Assembly: GCA_017471825.1 (NCBI GenBank)
Contig: JAFURQ010000027.1
Coordinates: 59,478-123,477, forward strand
Direction: 5' to 3'
DNA: 64,000 nt
DNA from: Clostridia bacterium
GTDB taxonomy: Bacteria; Bacillota; Clostridia; Oscillospirales; CAG-272
Every line of letters starts with the position of its first letter. Position 1 is the stretch's first letter. Under the pieces are notes generated by a model. That model made no database searches. It saw only the letters and a program-made list of their open reading frames with translations, and had not been told where the DNA came from. Positions 25,428-34,019 of the stretch are shown here, in pieces. Both the position numbers and the translations under genes were made by a program.

Positions 25428-25428
25428 G

Positions 25429-25475
25429 CATACTATATATTGTGACAAAAATCAAAGAAAACACAATATTTTGAT
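25429..25475 (+). promoter_or_regulatory. two candidate NrdR boxes
   Basis: catactatatattgtg (25429-25444) and aacacaatattttgat (25460-25475) are both AT-rich imperfect palindromes of the acaC-TATATA-gtgt type. Their centres are about 31 bp apart. Confidence 0.45.
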
Positions 25476-25484
25476 TTTTTATTA

Positions 25485-25513
25485 TTGACAAAGGTCGGTG
25501 GATATACTATACT
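25485..25513 (+). promoter_or_regulatory. sigma-A type promoter upstream of nrdD
   Basis: TTGACA is followed by a 17-nt spacer and TATACT. Confidence 0.5.
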
Positions 25514-25582
25514 AATAGTACGCCGACTTTTTTGTTTCGGCATTTTTTGACAATAAAATTACAATGTATATAGGAGAGCAAA

Positions 25583-27961
25583 ATGTACACAGTTTTAAAA
25601 AGAGACGGAAAAATCGCTGACTTTGACATTCAGAAGATAGCAAAAGCGATTTCCCTTGCGTTTGACGCGCAGGAAAGGGATTACAATCAGAACATCATCG
25701 ATTTCCTCGCTTTGAAGGTTACGGCAGATTTTGAGCCTAAGATTAAGGATCATCACATTGCCGTTGAGGACATTCAGGACAGCGTTGAGTCGGTTCTCAT
25801 ACAGGCAGGCTATGATGACGTTGCAAAGGCGTACATTCTTTACCGCCGCCAGCACGAAAAAATGCGTAACCTTAAATCAACTATTCTCGACTATAAGGAA
25901 ATAGTTGACAGCTACGTAAAGGTTACAGACTGGAGAGTAAAGGAAAATTCCACCGTTACCTATTCGGTTGGCGGACTTATTCTTAACAACTCCGGCGCAA
26001 TCACCGCAAACTACTGGCTCTCCGAGGTTTACGATGATGAAATAGCAAACGCGCACAGAAATGCCGATATACATATTCACGACCTAGCTATGCTTACGGG
26101 CTACTGTGCAGGCTGGTCGCTTAAGCAGCTCATTCAGGAGGGACTCGGCGGAGTAACGGGCAAGATCACCTCGGCTCCCGCGAAGCACCTCGCAACCCTT
26201 TGTAACCAGATGGTAAACTTCCTCGGTATTATGCAGAACGAGTGGGCAGGTGCGCAGGCATTCTCCTCCTTTGACACCTACCTCGCTCCCTTCGTTAAGG
26301 CCGATAATCTTTCCTATGACGCGGTTAAGAAGTGCATTGAGTCATTCATCTACGGCGTTAACACTCCGTCAAGATGGGGAACACAGGCCCCCTTCTCGAA
26401 CATAACTCTTGACTGGACCGTGCCTGCCGATCTCGCAGAGCTTCCCGCAATTGTAGGCGGCAAGGAAATGCCCTTCAAGTATAAGGACTGTAAGGCAGAG
26501 ATGGATATGGTAAACCGCGCCTTTATTGAAACTATGATAGAGGGCGATGCTAACGGCAGAGGCTTCCAGTATCCTATTCCCACCTATTCCATAACCGCAG
26601 ATTTCGACTGGTCAGAAACCGAGAACAACAAGCTTCTCTTTGAGATGACCTCGAAGTACGGAACCCCCTACTTCTCCAACTACATCAACAGCGATATGGA
26701 GCCCAGCGACGTGCGCAGTATGTGCTGCCGTCTTCGTCTCGACCTCCGCGAGCTCCGCAAAAAGTCGGGCGGCTTCTTTGGAAGCGGTGAAAGCACCGGC
26801 TCGGTGGGCGTTGTTACGATCAATATGCCCAGAATTGCATATCTCGCAGGCGATAAGGAGGATTTCTACAAGCGCCTCGATCATATGATGGACATTGCGG
26901 CTCGCTCCCTCAAAATCAAGCGTACCGTTATCACCAAGCTTCTTGACGAGGGCCTCTATCCCTATACCAAGCGCTATCTCGGCACCTTTGCAAACCATTT
27001 CTCCACCATCGGTCTTGTAGGTATGAACGAGGTTGGACTCAATGCGAAGTGGCTCGGCAACGATATGACCGATCCCGCAACGCAGGAATTTACCAAGGAA
27101 GTGCTCAACCATATGCGCGAGCGCCTCTCCGACTATCAGGAGGAGTACGGCGATCTTTACAACCTTGAGGCAACTCCCGCAGAGTCTACGTCCTACCGTC
27201 TTGCAAAGCACGACGTCCGCCGCTATCCCGCAATCAAAACCGCATCGGATCCTCAGAAAAACGAGACTCCCTATTACACCAACTCCTCGCATCTTCCCGT
27301 TGGCTATACCGACGACATCTTTGCCGCACTCGATATTCAGGACGAGCTCCAGACTCTTTATACCTCGGGTACGGTATTCCACGCATTCCTTGGCGAAAAG
27401 CTTCCCTCGTGGAAGAGCGCCGCAACTCTTATCCGTACTATCGCGGAGAATTATAAGCTTCCGTATTACACCCTCTCGCCCACATACTCCGTATGTAAGA
27501 GCCACGGCTATATAGCAGGCGAGAAGTATACCTGTCCTACCTGCGGCGAAAAAACCGAGGTTTACAGCCGTATCACAGGCTACTACCGCCCCGTTCAGAA
27601 CTGGAACGACGGTAAGAGCCAGGAGTTCAGAGATAGAAAGGTATATGCTAAATCCAAGCTCACAGGCAAATCTCCGCTCAATCTCTCGAAGGTTGTTGAC
27701 GAGGAAAAGCTGATGGAGGCAGATACTCTTGAGGAAAAGGTTCTTCTTTTTGCAACTCCCACCTGCCCCAACTGTAAGGCGGCTACACTCTTCCTTGAAA
27801 AAGCAGGAATCCCCTATGAAAAGCTGATGGCGGCAGACCACCCCGAGCTTACCGAAAAATACGGAGTCCGTCAGGCTCCCACTCTTATCAGCATAAGCGG
27901 CGGTAAGGTTGAGAAGATAGTAAATCTCTCCAATATCAAAGCATTTACCGAGCGTAAATAA
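25583..27961 (+). CDS. nrdD: anaerobic (class III) ribonucleoside-triphosphate reductase with a fused C-terminal thioredoxin/glutaredoxin-like domain
   Basis: There is an ATP-cone N-terminus and the glycyl-radical motif SRITGYYRPV. A zinc site CPTCGEK is present. A roughly 100-aa extension follows, containing TCPNC in a thioredoxin-fold context. Confidence 0.9.
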   Translation: MYTVLKRDGKIADFDIQKIAKAISLAFDAQERDYNQNIIDFLALKVTADFEPKIKDHHIAVEDIQDSVESVLIQAGYDDVAKAYILYRRQHEKMRNLKSTILDYKEIVDSYVKVTDWRVKENSTVTYSVGGLILNNSGAITANYWLSEVYDDEIANAHRNADIHIHDLAMLTGYCAGWSLKQLIQEGLGGVTGKITSAPAKHLATLCNQMVNFLGIMQNEWAGAQAFSSFDTYLAPFVKADNLSYDAVKKCIESFIYGVNTPSRWGTQAPFSNITLDWTVPADLAELPAIVGGKEMPFKYKDCKAEMDMVNRAFIETMIEGDANGRGFQYPIPTYSITADFDWSETENNKLLFEMTSKYGTPYFSNYINSDMEPSDVRSMCCRLRLDLRELRKKSGGFFGSGESTGSVGVVTINMPRIAYLAGDKEDFYKRLDHMMDIAARSLKIKRTVITKLLDEGLYPYTKRYLGTFANHFSTIGLVGMNEVGLNAKWLGNDMTDPATQEFTKEVLNHMRERLSDYQEEYGDLYNLEATPAESTSYRLAKHDVRRYPAIKTASDPQKNETPYYTNSSHLPVGYTDDIFAALDIQDELQTLYTSGTVFHAFLGEKLPSWKSAATLIRTIAENYKLPYYTLSPTYSVCKSHGYIAGEKYTCPTCGEKTEVYSRITGYYRPVQNWNDGKSQEFRDRKVYAKSKLTGKSPLNLSKVVDEEKLMEADTLEEKVLLFATPTCPNCKAATLFLEKAGIPYEKLMAADHPELTEKYGVRQAPTLISISGGKVEKIVNLSNIKAFTERK

Positions 27962-27973
27962 TAGGAGACATCA

Positions 27974-28888
27974 ATGTACGATATTATAATAGTTGGTGCC
28001 GGCCCTGCAGGTCTTACCGCGGCGCTCTATGCGCGCCGCGCAGAAAAGACCGCGCTTCTGATTGAAAGGTCCACCTTCGGCGGTCAGATTACCCATTCTC
28101 CGAGAGTCGAAAATTACCCCGGCTTTCTTGCAATGAGCGGCAATGAGTTCGCTGAAAAGTTGCTTGAACAGGTAATAACCCACGGCGTAGAAATTGAGCT
28201 TGATGAGGTCAAATCAGTTGAAAAAAGTGACACGGGGTACCTCGTTATCACCGAAAACAATGCGTTTGAGGCAAAAAGCGTTATAATTGCGACAGGCTCG
28301 CGCCACCGTCCTCTCGGCATTGAGCGCGAGGATGAGTTTGTCGGTGAGGGTATATCCTATTGTGCAGTATGTGACGGAGCCTTCTATAAGGGCAAAACCG
28401 TTGCTATAATCGGTGGCGGCAACACCGCACTTCAGGAAGCCGTGCTACTTTCGGAAACCGCCAAAAAGGTCTACGTTATCCAAAACCTCGCATTTTTCAC
28501 AGGTGAGGAAAGCTTAATCAATAACATCAAGGCTCGCGCAAACGTCGAGATAATTCTCTCGCACACCGTTGCTCGCCTCGTTGGTGATTCGGAGATCAAA
28601 GGCATCGTTATAAAAAATGAGCTCGGTGCCGAGCGCGAAATATCTGTTGACGGAATATTTGTCGCAATCGGTCAAATCCCGGAAAACACCCCTTTCGCTC
28701 CTCTCGTTGAGCTTGACGAGTGCGGATACATAGTTTCCGGCGAGGACTGCCTTCCCAAAACCGCGCAAAACGGAATATTCGTTGCCGGTGACTGCCGTAC
28801 AAAATCCGTGCGTCAGGTAACAACAGCGACGGCAGACGGCGCAGTAGCGGCATTATCTGCTTGCAGATATATAGATTCTCTTAACTAA
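27974..28888 (+). CDS. trxB: thioredoxin-disulfide reductase
   Basis: IIIVGAGPAGLTAALYA is the FAD-binding motif. CAVCDG is the redox-active disulfide. GGGNTALQEA is the NADPH site. Confidence 0.85.
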   Translation: MYDIIIVGAGPAGLTAALYARRAEKTALLIERSTFGGQITHSPRVENYPGFLAMSGNEFAEKLLEQVITHGVEIELDEVKSVEKSDTGYLVITENNAFEAKSVIIATGSRHRPLGIEREDEFVGEGISYCAVCDGAFYKGKTVAIIGGGNTALQEAVLLSETAKKVYVIQNLAFFTGEESLINNIKARANVEIILSHTVARLVGDSEIKGIVIKNELGAEREISVDGIFVAIGQIPENTPFAPLVELDECGYIVSGEDCLPKTAQNGIFVAGDCRTKSVRQVTTATADGAVAALSACRYIDSLN

Positions 28889-28893
28889 AAATC

Positions 28894-28950
28894 AAACGGT
28901 CTATCCACCTAAAACTCCACACGGGGTAGGGGATAGACCGTTTTTTGTTT
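28894..28950 (+). terminator. terminator-like long hairpin
   Basis: aaacggtctatcc ... ggatagaccgttt forms a 13-bp stem with a large loop and is followed by TTTTTGTTTTTT. Confidence 0.55.
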
Positions 28951-28969
28951 TTTATAACTTTAGAATTAT

Positions 28970-30178
28970 TTAAATGCTTTTTTTCGCAATAGCTGTGAAA
29001 TATGGACGCATATTTTCGAGAATTTCATCCTCAGTTTCAGCCGAGGGACAATCTGTCCAAAGACAGAAACCGGCGCCCTTTACTTTTTCATTTGGGGCAG
29101 AAATAATGTTTCCGGGCATGAACGGAGGAAAAATGTAAGTATTGTCGGTTGTACACTCAGAGTTCTTGGGAGCAAAAATGTAAGGATTCCACTCCTTCAT
29201 AATAGCCTCCGGAGTAACATACGAGGGTGCTTTATCCGGGTAAAGCGTGTAGTAGGTATAAAGCCTTGCAAAATTATATACATTGTGTCCCTTGTCAATA
29301 TAAAATTGCGCTGTGCCCTCGCCGTTATTAGTGTGCGGCGACCAATACTGTATGTCTATCGATTTGTCGATTTCTGCCGCGCATTGCCAGTCCGTATCGG
29401 ATATGCGATAAACGTCATCATTCCACATGCGAACTGATTCGTAGCCGATGCTGCGCAGAAGTGCCGTAATATCGTTCATATAGAGTATGAAGGCATCGTA
29501 TGCAACAGCGTTTTCTTTTCCTGTGCGAACTTTTGCATATTCCTCCCAGTGATCAAGGTTAGACCACTTGGAAACGGTGGGGTCAATAAGCTCCGCGCCT
29601 CCATCCGAGCAGCTCGTCACCTCCGATGTCAAAGCTGCGGCAACCAAGCTCATAAAAGAATTTGCCGTATTCGGTGTATATCTCTCTCGCAAAGGCAACC
29701 GCCTCGGGGTTTGATATATCTATTCCTCGGGAATACAAATTCTGTGATGTTTCGTTGCGTTCGCCTGTTGATTGAACAAGTGAAACCTTTCCGTGCTTGT
29801 GGAAATAGTTGCCGAGGTCAACTCCGTATTTTTGGTGGTATTTTTTTTGTTTTTAGCCTTAAGGTAGCCGTCGTTAAGACAGTTTTCAAGGAAAGGTCTG
29901 TTATCATACCAATACCAATCGTAAATGAATACGTTGATTCCGTGGTTGTAAGCACAGTTGATCTCCATTTCCATAACATCGGGGTTCGCTTCGTTTACGT
30001 ATCCCCATAAAGGCTGCCTGTCCCACACGTAATCAGCAGGCTTGTCGGCGCTGTTCTTTAGAACGTTTTTTACTGTTTACCATTCTCCAAATCCTTCTGG
30101 CCAAAACATTCTTGCACGCAGATCATCACCTGTATATGCCGGCCATACATATGCGGCAACATCATAGTTTTGTTTCAT
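28970..30178 (-). pseudogene. composite decayed glycosidase locus: GH99-like (WbsX-type) N-terminal part joined to a GH20-like part, with one nonsense codon and at least two frameshifts
   Basis: From the ATG at 30178 the translation reads MKQNYDVAAYVWPAYTGDD...GFGEW*TVKN..., with TAA at 30077-30079, then ...PLWGYVNEANPDVMEMEINCAYNHGINVFIYDWYWY. The frame is lost at the A/T tract near 29840. The next frame gives ...SFDIGGDELLGW (GH20 H/D-GGDE-like), with another shift near 29600. The last frame is ORF 28970..29698. Confidence 0.6.
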
Positions 30179-30252
30179 ACGCAACTCCTTACATTGATTG
30201 CTTCAGGTGCTAGTTAATTATAGTTTATCAATGATAAATAGTCAAGTGGTTT

Positions 30253-30274
30253 CTCTCAAATTTTATTTATGCAG
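30253..30274. repeat. 22-nt perfect repeat, copy 1 (ctctcaaattttatttatgcag), covering the stop and flank of spoIVB relic 3
   Basis: An identical 22-mer occurs at 31852-31873. Confidence 0.85.
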
Positions 30275-30388
30275 CTTTTGGTATTACTCCGTTTTGTGCG
30301 CGGTCCCAATCGGTAACGCTTGCAACGTAAATGAGTATAACATGGGTCACCGCGCCGATAAGCTCGCTGTTTTGAATGATATATAAGC
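30267..30388 (-). pseudogene. degenerate relic of the spoIVB 3' end (third copy)
   Basis: The reverse frame reads GLYIIQNSELIGAVTHVILIYVASVTDWDRAQNGVIPKAA*. The intact SpoIVB reads [47 protein letters not shown]. Confidence 0.5.
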
Positions 30389-30417
30389 CATTCCGGTGTG
30401 TAACAAAGATAATAAGT

Positions 30418-30660
30418 TTATTTTATTTCTTGTTCCAGCTTGTTGAATTCTTCGGTGTTGAAAAATTCAATCAGTGTTATTCCAAAACCGTCACAAAGCA
30501 TTTTTAAGGTCACTATTCCGGGATTTTTGCTTTTTCCGTATAAAATATTTTTTATTGACGAGGGAGCGACCGCCGATTCCATAGCAAGCCTGTGTATTGA
30601 CATTTTTCTTTCGCCCAGTAATTGTAATATTCTGTTTTTTACCGTAGTGTAAGTATCCAT
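30418..30660 (-). CDS. XRE-family helix-turn-helix regulator (80 aa)
   Basis: ...ERKMSIHRLAMESAVAPSSIKNILYGKSKNPGIVTLKMLCDGFGITLIEFF is a Cro/CI-type HTH. Confidence 0.8.
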   Translation of the reverse strand: MDTYTTVKNRILQLLGERKMSIHRLAMESAVAPSSIKNILYGKSKNPGIVTLKMLCDGFGITLIEFFNTEEFNKLEQEIK

Positions 30661-30694
30661 TCTTGCTTCTCCTCAAAATACTTTAGTTTAATTG

Positions 30695-30755
30695 TAGCCT
30701 AAACTCCTTGACAAAATGGGCTATATATGATACAATGTAGGCTATAAGTAGCCTT
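30695..30755 (+). promoter_or_regulatory. divergent promoter region with candidate operator half-sites
   Basis: TTGACA (30708-30713) is followed by a 17-nt spacer and TACAAT (30731-30736). TAGGCTA-taag-TAGCCTt forms an inverted repeat at 30738-30755, and another TAGCCTA lies at 30695-30701. Confidence 0.5.
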
Positions 30756-30782
30756 ACGGCTATTGGAAAGGAAGAAGTTAAA

Positions 30783-31724
30783 ATGAATAAACTATCTGTT
30801 ATTAATCCAGAAGATATTAATTCGGAAGACCTTGGTGCGTTGTGGGAGGAAACCAAGAAAAGACAAGCGGAGCTCGTTGCAAAAAGCAACGATTTAGAAT
30901 TAAAAATAAAAAATGAGTGTAAAGAGGTTTATCAAAGAAGCATAACCAATTCTGAAAACCAATTTGCAGCTGCATCAGGAAGAGTTAAAGAAATGATTAA
31001 AAGCAGAAATAAGTGTAGGCGTTCGCTTTCAAAATCGGCAGGTGCGGTTTTTCTTTATGCTTTTATAATTATTTGCTTATCCGTAGTTGTTAATCTGTTC
31101 ATTTTAAAGCTTGAAATAGTAAGTCCCGTGCTTACATATTTAATTTTCGCTGCGGCATCGTTTGTTATTTCCGGAATAACGGTTAAGCTTCGCAATAATC
31201 AACTTAAGAAAAAAATTACACAAATAAATGAAGATGAAGAAATTCTTGAATATGATAGAGCTGAAGCTGAAGCGGGTACACAAATAGAAAGAGAAATTGA
31301 TTACATAGAAAATGAAAAGTATAAGGCTGAAAGAGCAGAAATAGATAGATTGATGAAGGAAAACAACTATGAGGCTGTATTAAACGCTGTAATGAAACAG
31401 AAATACGGCGACACAGTTATGTTTTATTTTAAAAAATTTTCTTCGCTTAGCTATTATGAAATAAAAATGGACGGCGTAGTGTTGTTTAGTTCTAAATCTG
31501 TCAAATATCAACAAGTCAGACTTAATCCCGGTTATCATACAGTAACACTGATTCTTACGACTGAAACAAGTGAAACTATTTACACTAACACATTTACATA
31601 TCAGTATTGTGAAAGTGATTTGCCCGTATTTTTTGTTTGTTCGGAGGTTTGCGGTATAAGCGGCAGATTAAAGCAAGTAGATGCCGAAGCATTCCAAAAG
31701 GAAAGCGGCGTAAACATTTTGTAA
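30783..31724 (+). CDS. hypothetical membrane protein: coiled-coil N-terminus, two TM helices, charged coiled-coil, C-terminal beta-rich domain
   Basis: This 313-aa ORF is divergent from the XRE gene. No family was recognised. Confidence 0.6.
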   Translation: MNKLSVINPEDINSEDLGALWEETKKRQAELVAKSNDLELKIKNECKEVYQRSITNSENQFAAASGRVKEMIKSRNKCRRSLSKSAGAVFLYAFIIICLSVVVNLFILKLEIVSPVLTYLIFAAASFVISGITVKLRNNQLKKKITQINEDEEILEYDRAEAEAGTQIEREIDYIENEKYKAERAEIDRLMKENNYEAVLNAVMKQKYGDTVMFYFKKFSSLSYYEIKMDGVVLFSSKSVKYQQVRLNPGYHTVTLILTTETSETIYTNTFTYQYCESDLPVFFVCSEVCGISGRLKQVDAEAFQKESGVNIL

Positions 31725-31821
31725 TTAGTATTTATTTTTATTGTAATTGTGATACAGTGTAGTTTCTAAGCAATCTGAAAAGTATACATTTTATTGCTCT
31801 CATAGAGCATATAAAGTAAAT

Positions 31822-31856
31822 ACAAAAAGAGAGGGAAGCCTTAGGGCAACCCTCTC
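31822..31856 (-). terminator. rho-independent terminator (minus strand)
   Basis: The 7-bp stem gagaggg...ccctctc is followed by TTTTTG on the minus strand. Confidence 0.6.
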
Positions 31857-31873
31857 AAATTTTATTTATGCAG
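31852..31873. repeat. 22-nt perfect repeat, copy 2 (ctctcaaattttatttatgcag)
   Basis: It is identical to 30253-30274, but here it lies 38 nt downstream of the xylA-fragment stop. Confidence 0.85.
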
Positions 31874-31910
31874 TTGTTTCGCCTTTTGGATAGCAATTTC
31901 AGAGTAGCTT

Positions 31911-32367
31911 TTATCCAAACAGCGTTCTGTTCAGAACGCTCTCCAAATATTCCTGTCTGCCGCTGTTCGGTGTCGGGCAAGTGCGCATTTTTTCCGCGTG
32001 TTCTGCAAGCTCGGCAAGAGTTGTTTTTCCTGCTCTTATCTTCTGTCCAAGCTCGCTGTTAAAGCTCGAGTATTTTTTCTCAACGAACATATCAAGCTCG
32101 CCGTTCTCGATGAGCTCTGCGGCCTTGATAAGACCGAGCGCAAAGGTATCCATACCAAGAATATATGCATAGAACATATCCTCGTAGGTGTTTGAGGGTC
32201 TGCGGTTTTTTGCATCAAAGTTGAGGCCGCCCGTAAGACCGCCTGCCTTAAGCACCTCGTACATGCACATAGTGCTCTCGTATACGTCGTACGGAAACTC
32301 GTCAGTATCCCAACCGAGCAAATAGTCGCCCTGATTTGCATCAATAGATCCAAGCATTGAAAATGGC
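31911..32367 (-). pseudogene. xylA: xylose isomerase, C-terminal fragment only (about 150 aa)
   Basis: GSIDANQGDYLLGWDTDEFP...GGLNFDAKNRRPS...MDTFALGL is the XylA C-terminal third. The upstream part of the frame is unrelated sequence. Confidence 0.75.
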
Positions 32368-32673
32368 TTGTTGCGTGCTATATTTGATTTTATTGATAAC
32401 AATTTTAACAAAAGCTGTACTCTTGAGGATTTGAGTATCGCCATTGGATATAACAGCTCCTATCTCTCCAGATATTTCAAGGAATTTACCAATATGACGT
32501 TTGTTTCCTGCGTCAACCGATACAGAATCAGCAGGGCATGCTATATGTTAAAAAACAGTGATAAAACAGTGCTTGAATGCGCATACGAATGCGGATACAA
32601 ATCCTTGAGGAGCTTTAACAGAAATTTTATGCTGTACGTTGGGGTAACACCAACCGATTATAGAACAAACTAA
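32368..32673 (+). pseudogene. AraC-family HTH domain fragment (no sensor domain)
   Basis: The 101-aa fragment covers only the two-HTH DNA-binding domain (LEDLSIAIGYNSSYLSRYFKEFT..., ...ECGYKSLRSFNRNFMLYVGVTPTDYR). It abuts the xylA fragment head to head. Confidence 0.55.
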
Positions 32674-32685
32674 AACAAATAAAAA

Positions 32686-32728
32686 AGCAAAATCAGACCT
32701 GAAACGGAATGATTTTGCTTTTTATTTT
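32686..32728. terminator. bidirectional terminator-like hairpin
   Basis: The 10-bp stem agcaaaatca ... tgattttgct is flanked by an A-run and a T-run. Confidence 0.6.
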
Positions 32729-32873
32729 ATGCCGCCTTCGGCATAGCATTGAATTCTGCCGCGTTTAGCATATTCTCAATGAAAATTCCATACCCTTCAG
32801 TTGGATTTGCTACCATAACGTGAGTTACAGCGCCGACGAGCTTCCCATCCTGTATGATAGGGCTGCCTGACAC
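32727..32873 (-). pseudogene. displaced relic of the spoIVB 3' end (48 codons plus stop; second copy)
   Basis: It encodes [47 protein letters not shown]. It is colinear with the last 48 codons of the intact gene, but the DNA has diverged by roughly one position in four to five. Homology stops abruptly after atagggctgcctgaca (32857-32872), which is identical to 35618-35633. Confidence 0.75.
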
Positions 32874-32898
32874 GAGTGTGTTCAAGTAGGGACAACAG
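32874..32898 (+). repeat. 22-nt motif copy A (gagtgtgttcaagtagggacaacag), abutting spoIVB relic 2
   Basis: It matches 35312-35334 at 22 of 23 positions. Confidence 0.8.
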
Positions 32899-33082
32899 AT
32901 TTTAACAAATTATTGACATCTTCGACACCATTTATTGAGAAAAAACGTCTTTAGTCGTAGTATTTTAGCATATTTGCCACCCAAACAGCTGATAGCGAAC
33001 TATTTTTCTTGATTTTTTAACGTTTATAAGCGAGGGAATTCATAGGACGATTCCCACCCAAATAATTTTTGTTTCCATTGTT

Positions 33083-33229
33083 TTACTTTGGATTTTTTTG
33101 GGCCTTCTTTGACGATTGTTGATTTTTCTTTTTGTAATAATCCCATATAGCAAACTTCTGTTTGCGGCGGTTTTCGAGTGTTATGTTTTTTGATGGTTTG
33201 CCCTTTTTCAAAAAAGGAGATTTAGGCAT
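33083..33229 (-). CDS. possible 48-aa lysine-rich peptide, translationally coupled to the upstream gene
   Basis: The peptide is MPKSPFLKKGKPSKNITLENRRKQKFAIWDYYKKKNQQSSKKAQKNPK. Its ATG overlaps the upstream stop (ATGCCTAA). It could be a chance ORF in AT-rich DNA. Confidence 0.25.
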   Translation of the reverse strand: MPKSPFLKKGKPSKNITLENRRKQKFAIWDYYKKKNQQSSKKAQKNPK

Positions 33230-34019
33230 TGCTATCACCCCCTAAAATGAAATTTTCTTTTTCGTCAAATTTTCCGTTTTCAACGAGTATGTTTATTTGC
33301 TTGGATATTTCTTCGTTCGGCTCGCGCATTGTTTTCTCAAGTAAAAGTATTTTGCTGACATTGTAAATAGGAATAGAGTACAAAGTGTCAAATTTATCTT
33401 TTTCGAAATATAACAAATACCAATGCTCTTTTTTTACCGAAAACTCAAGCGCTGCGCAAAGAGCGCGTATAACCCTGCCGCCAATGTTAAATTGAAGAAT
33501 AAGCTCGTTCTCTATAGCCTCGTTCAGTTTGTTATACTCCTCGTTAAAGCAAATTCGCTCTTTTTGATATTCGGACTGATTAAAGTATTCGTGAATTAAA
33601 TTGCGAAGATATGCGCTGCGTTTTATTCCTATAGAATCAAGTCTGGCAAACAGCTCTGCATATAAATCTTCGTTTTTAACGTCAAATCGAATATTAATAA
33701 TATCATCGCACTCGTATTCGCTTTCGTCAAAATACAAGTAATCAAATGACTCGGCTAAAAAGTCGAGTATTTTTTCTTGCATTCCTTCAGCTATGCTTGC
33801 TTTAATGTTTTTATCAAGATATTCGCGCAAAAATCCTTTCTTGTAAGCGCGATAAGCAAGCATGTTAGGAAGCATTTTGTTGAAAAATTCATTTTCGTTT
33901 CCAAGTCCGTTTTTCTTAATGAAATTTCTTTTAGAAACTTCAGCGGTCATAAGTCTTGCTAACAAGCTCGGAACACGTAATGTCATTGTTTGTGGGTAAA
34001 ATTTATCTCTCATAATCAT
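33222..34019 (-). CDS. hypothetical protein with a WYL-like C-terminal region (possible ligand-sensing regulator)
   Basis: The segment ...ILQFNIGGRVIRALCAALEFSVKKEHWYLLYFEKDKFDTLYSIPIYNVSKILLLEKT... fits the WYL pattern (x-WYL-x(8-12)-hydrophobic-x-[IL]-x-R/N-[IV]). The N-terminal part is unassigned. Confidence 0.5.
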   Translation of the reverse strand: MIMRDKFYPQTMTLRVPSLLARLMTAEVSKRNFIKKNGLGNENEFFNKMLPNMLAYRAYKKGFLREYLDKNIKASIAEGMQEKILDFLAESFDYLYFDESEYECDDIINIRFDVKNEDLYAELFARLDSIGIKRSAYLRNLIHEYFNQSEYQKERICFNEEYNKLNEAIENELILQFNIGGRVIRALCAALEFSVKKEHWYLLYFEKDKFDTLYSIPIYNVSKILLLEKTMREPNEEISKQINILVENGKFDEKENFILGGDSNA

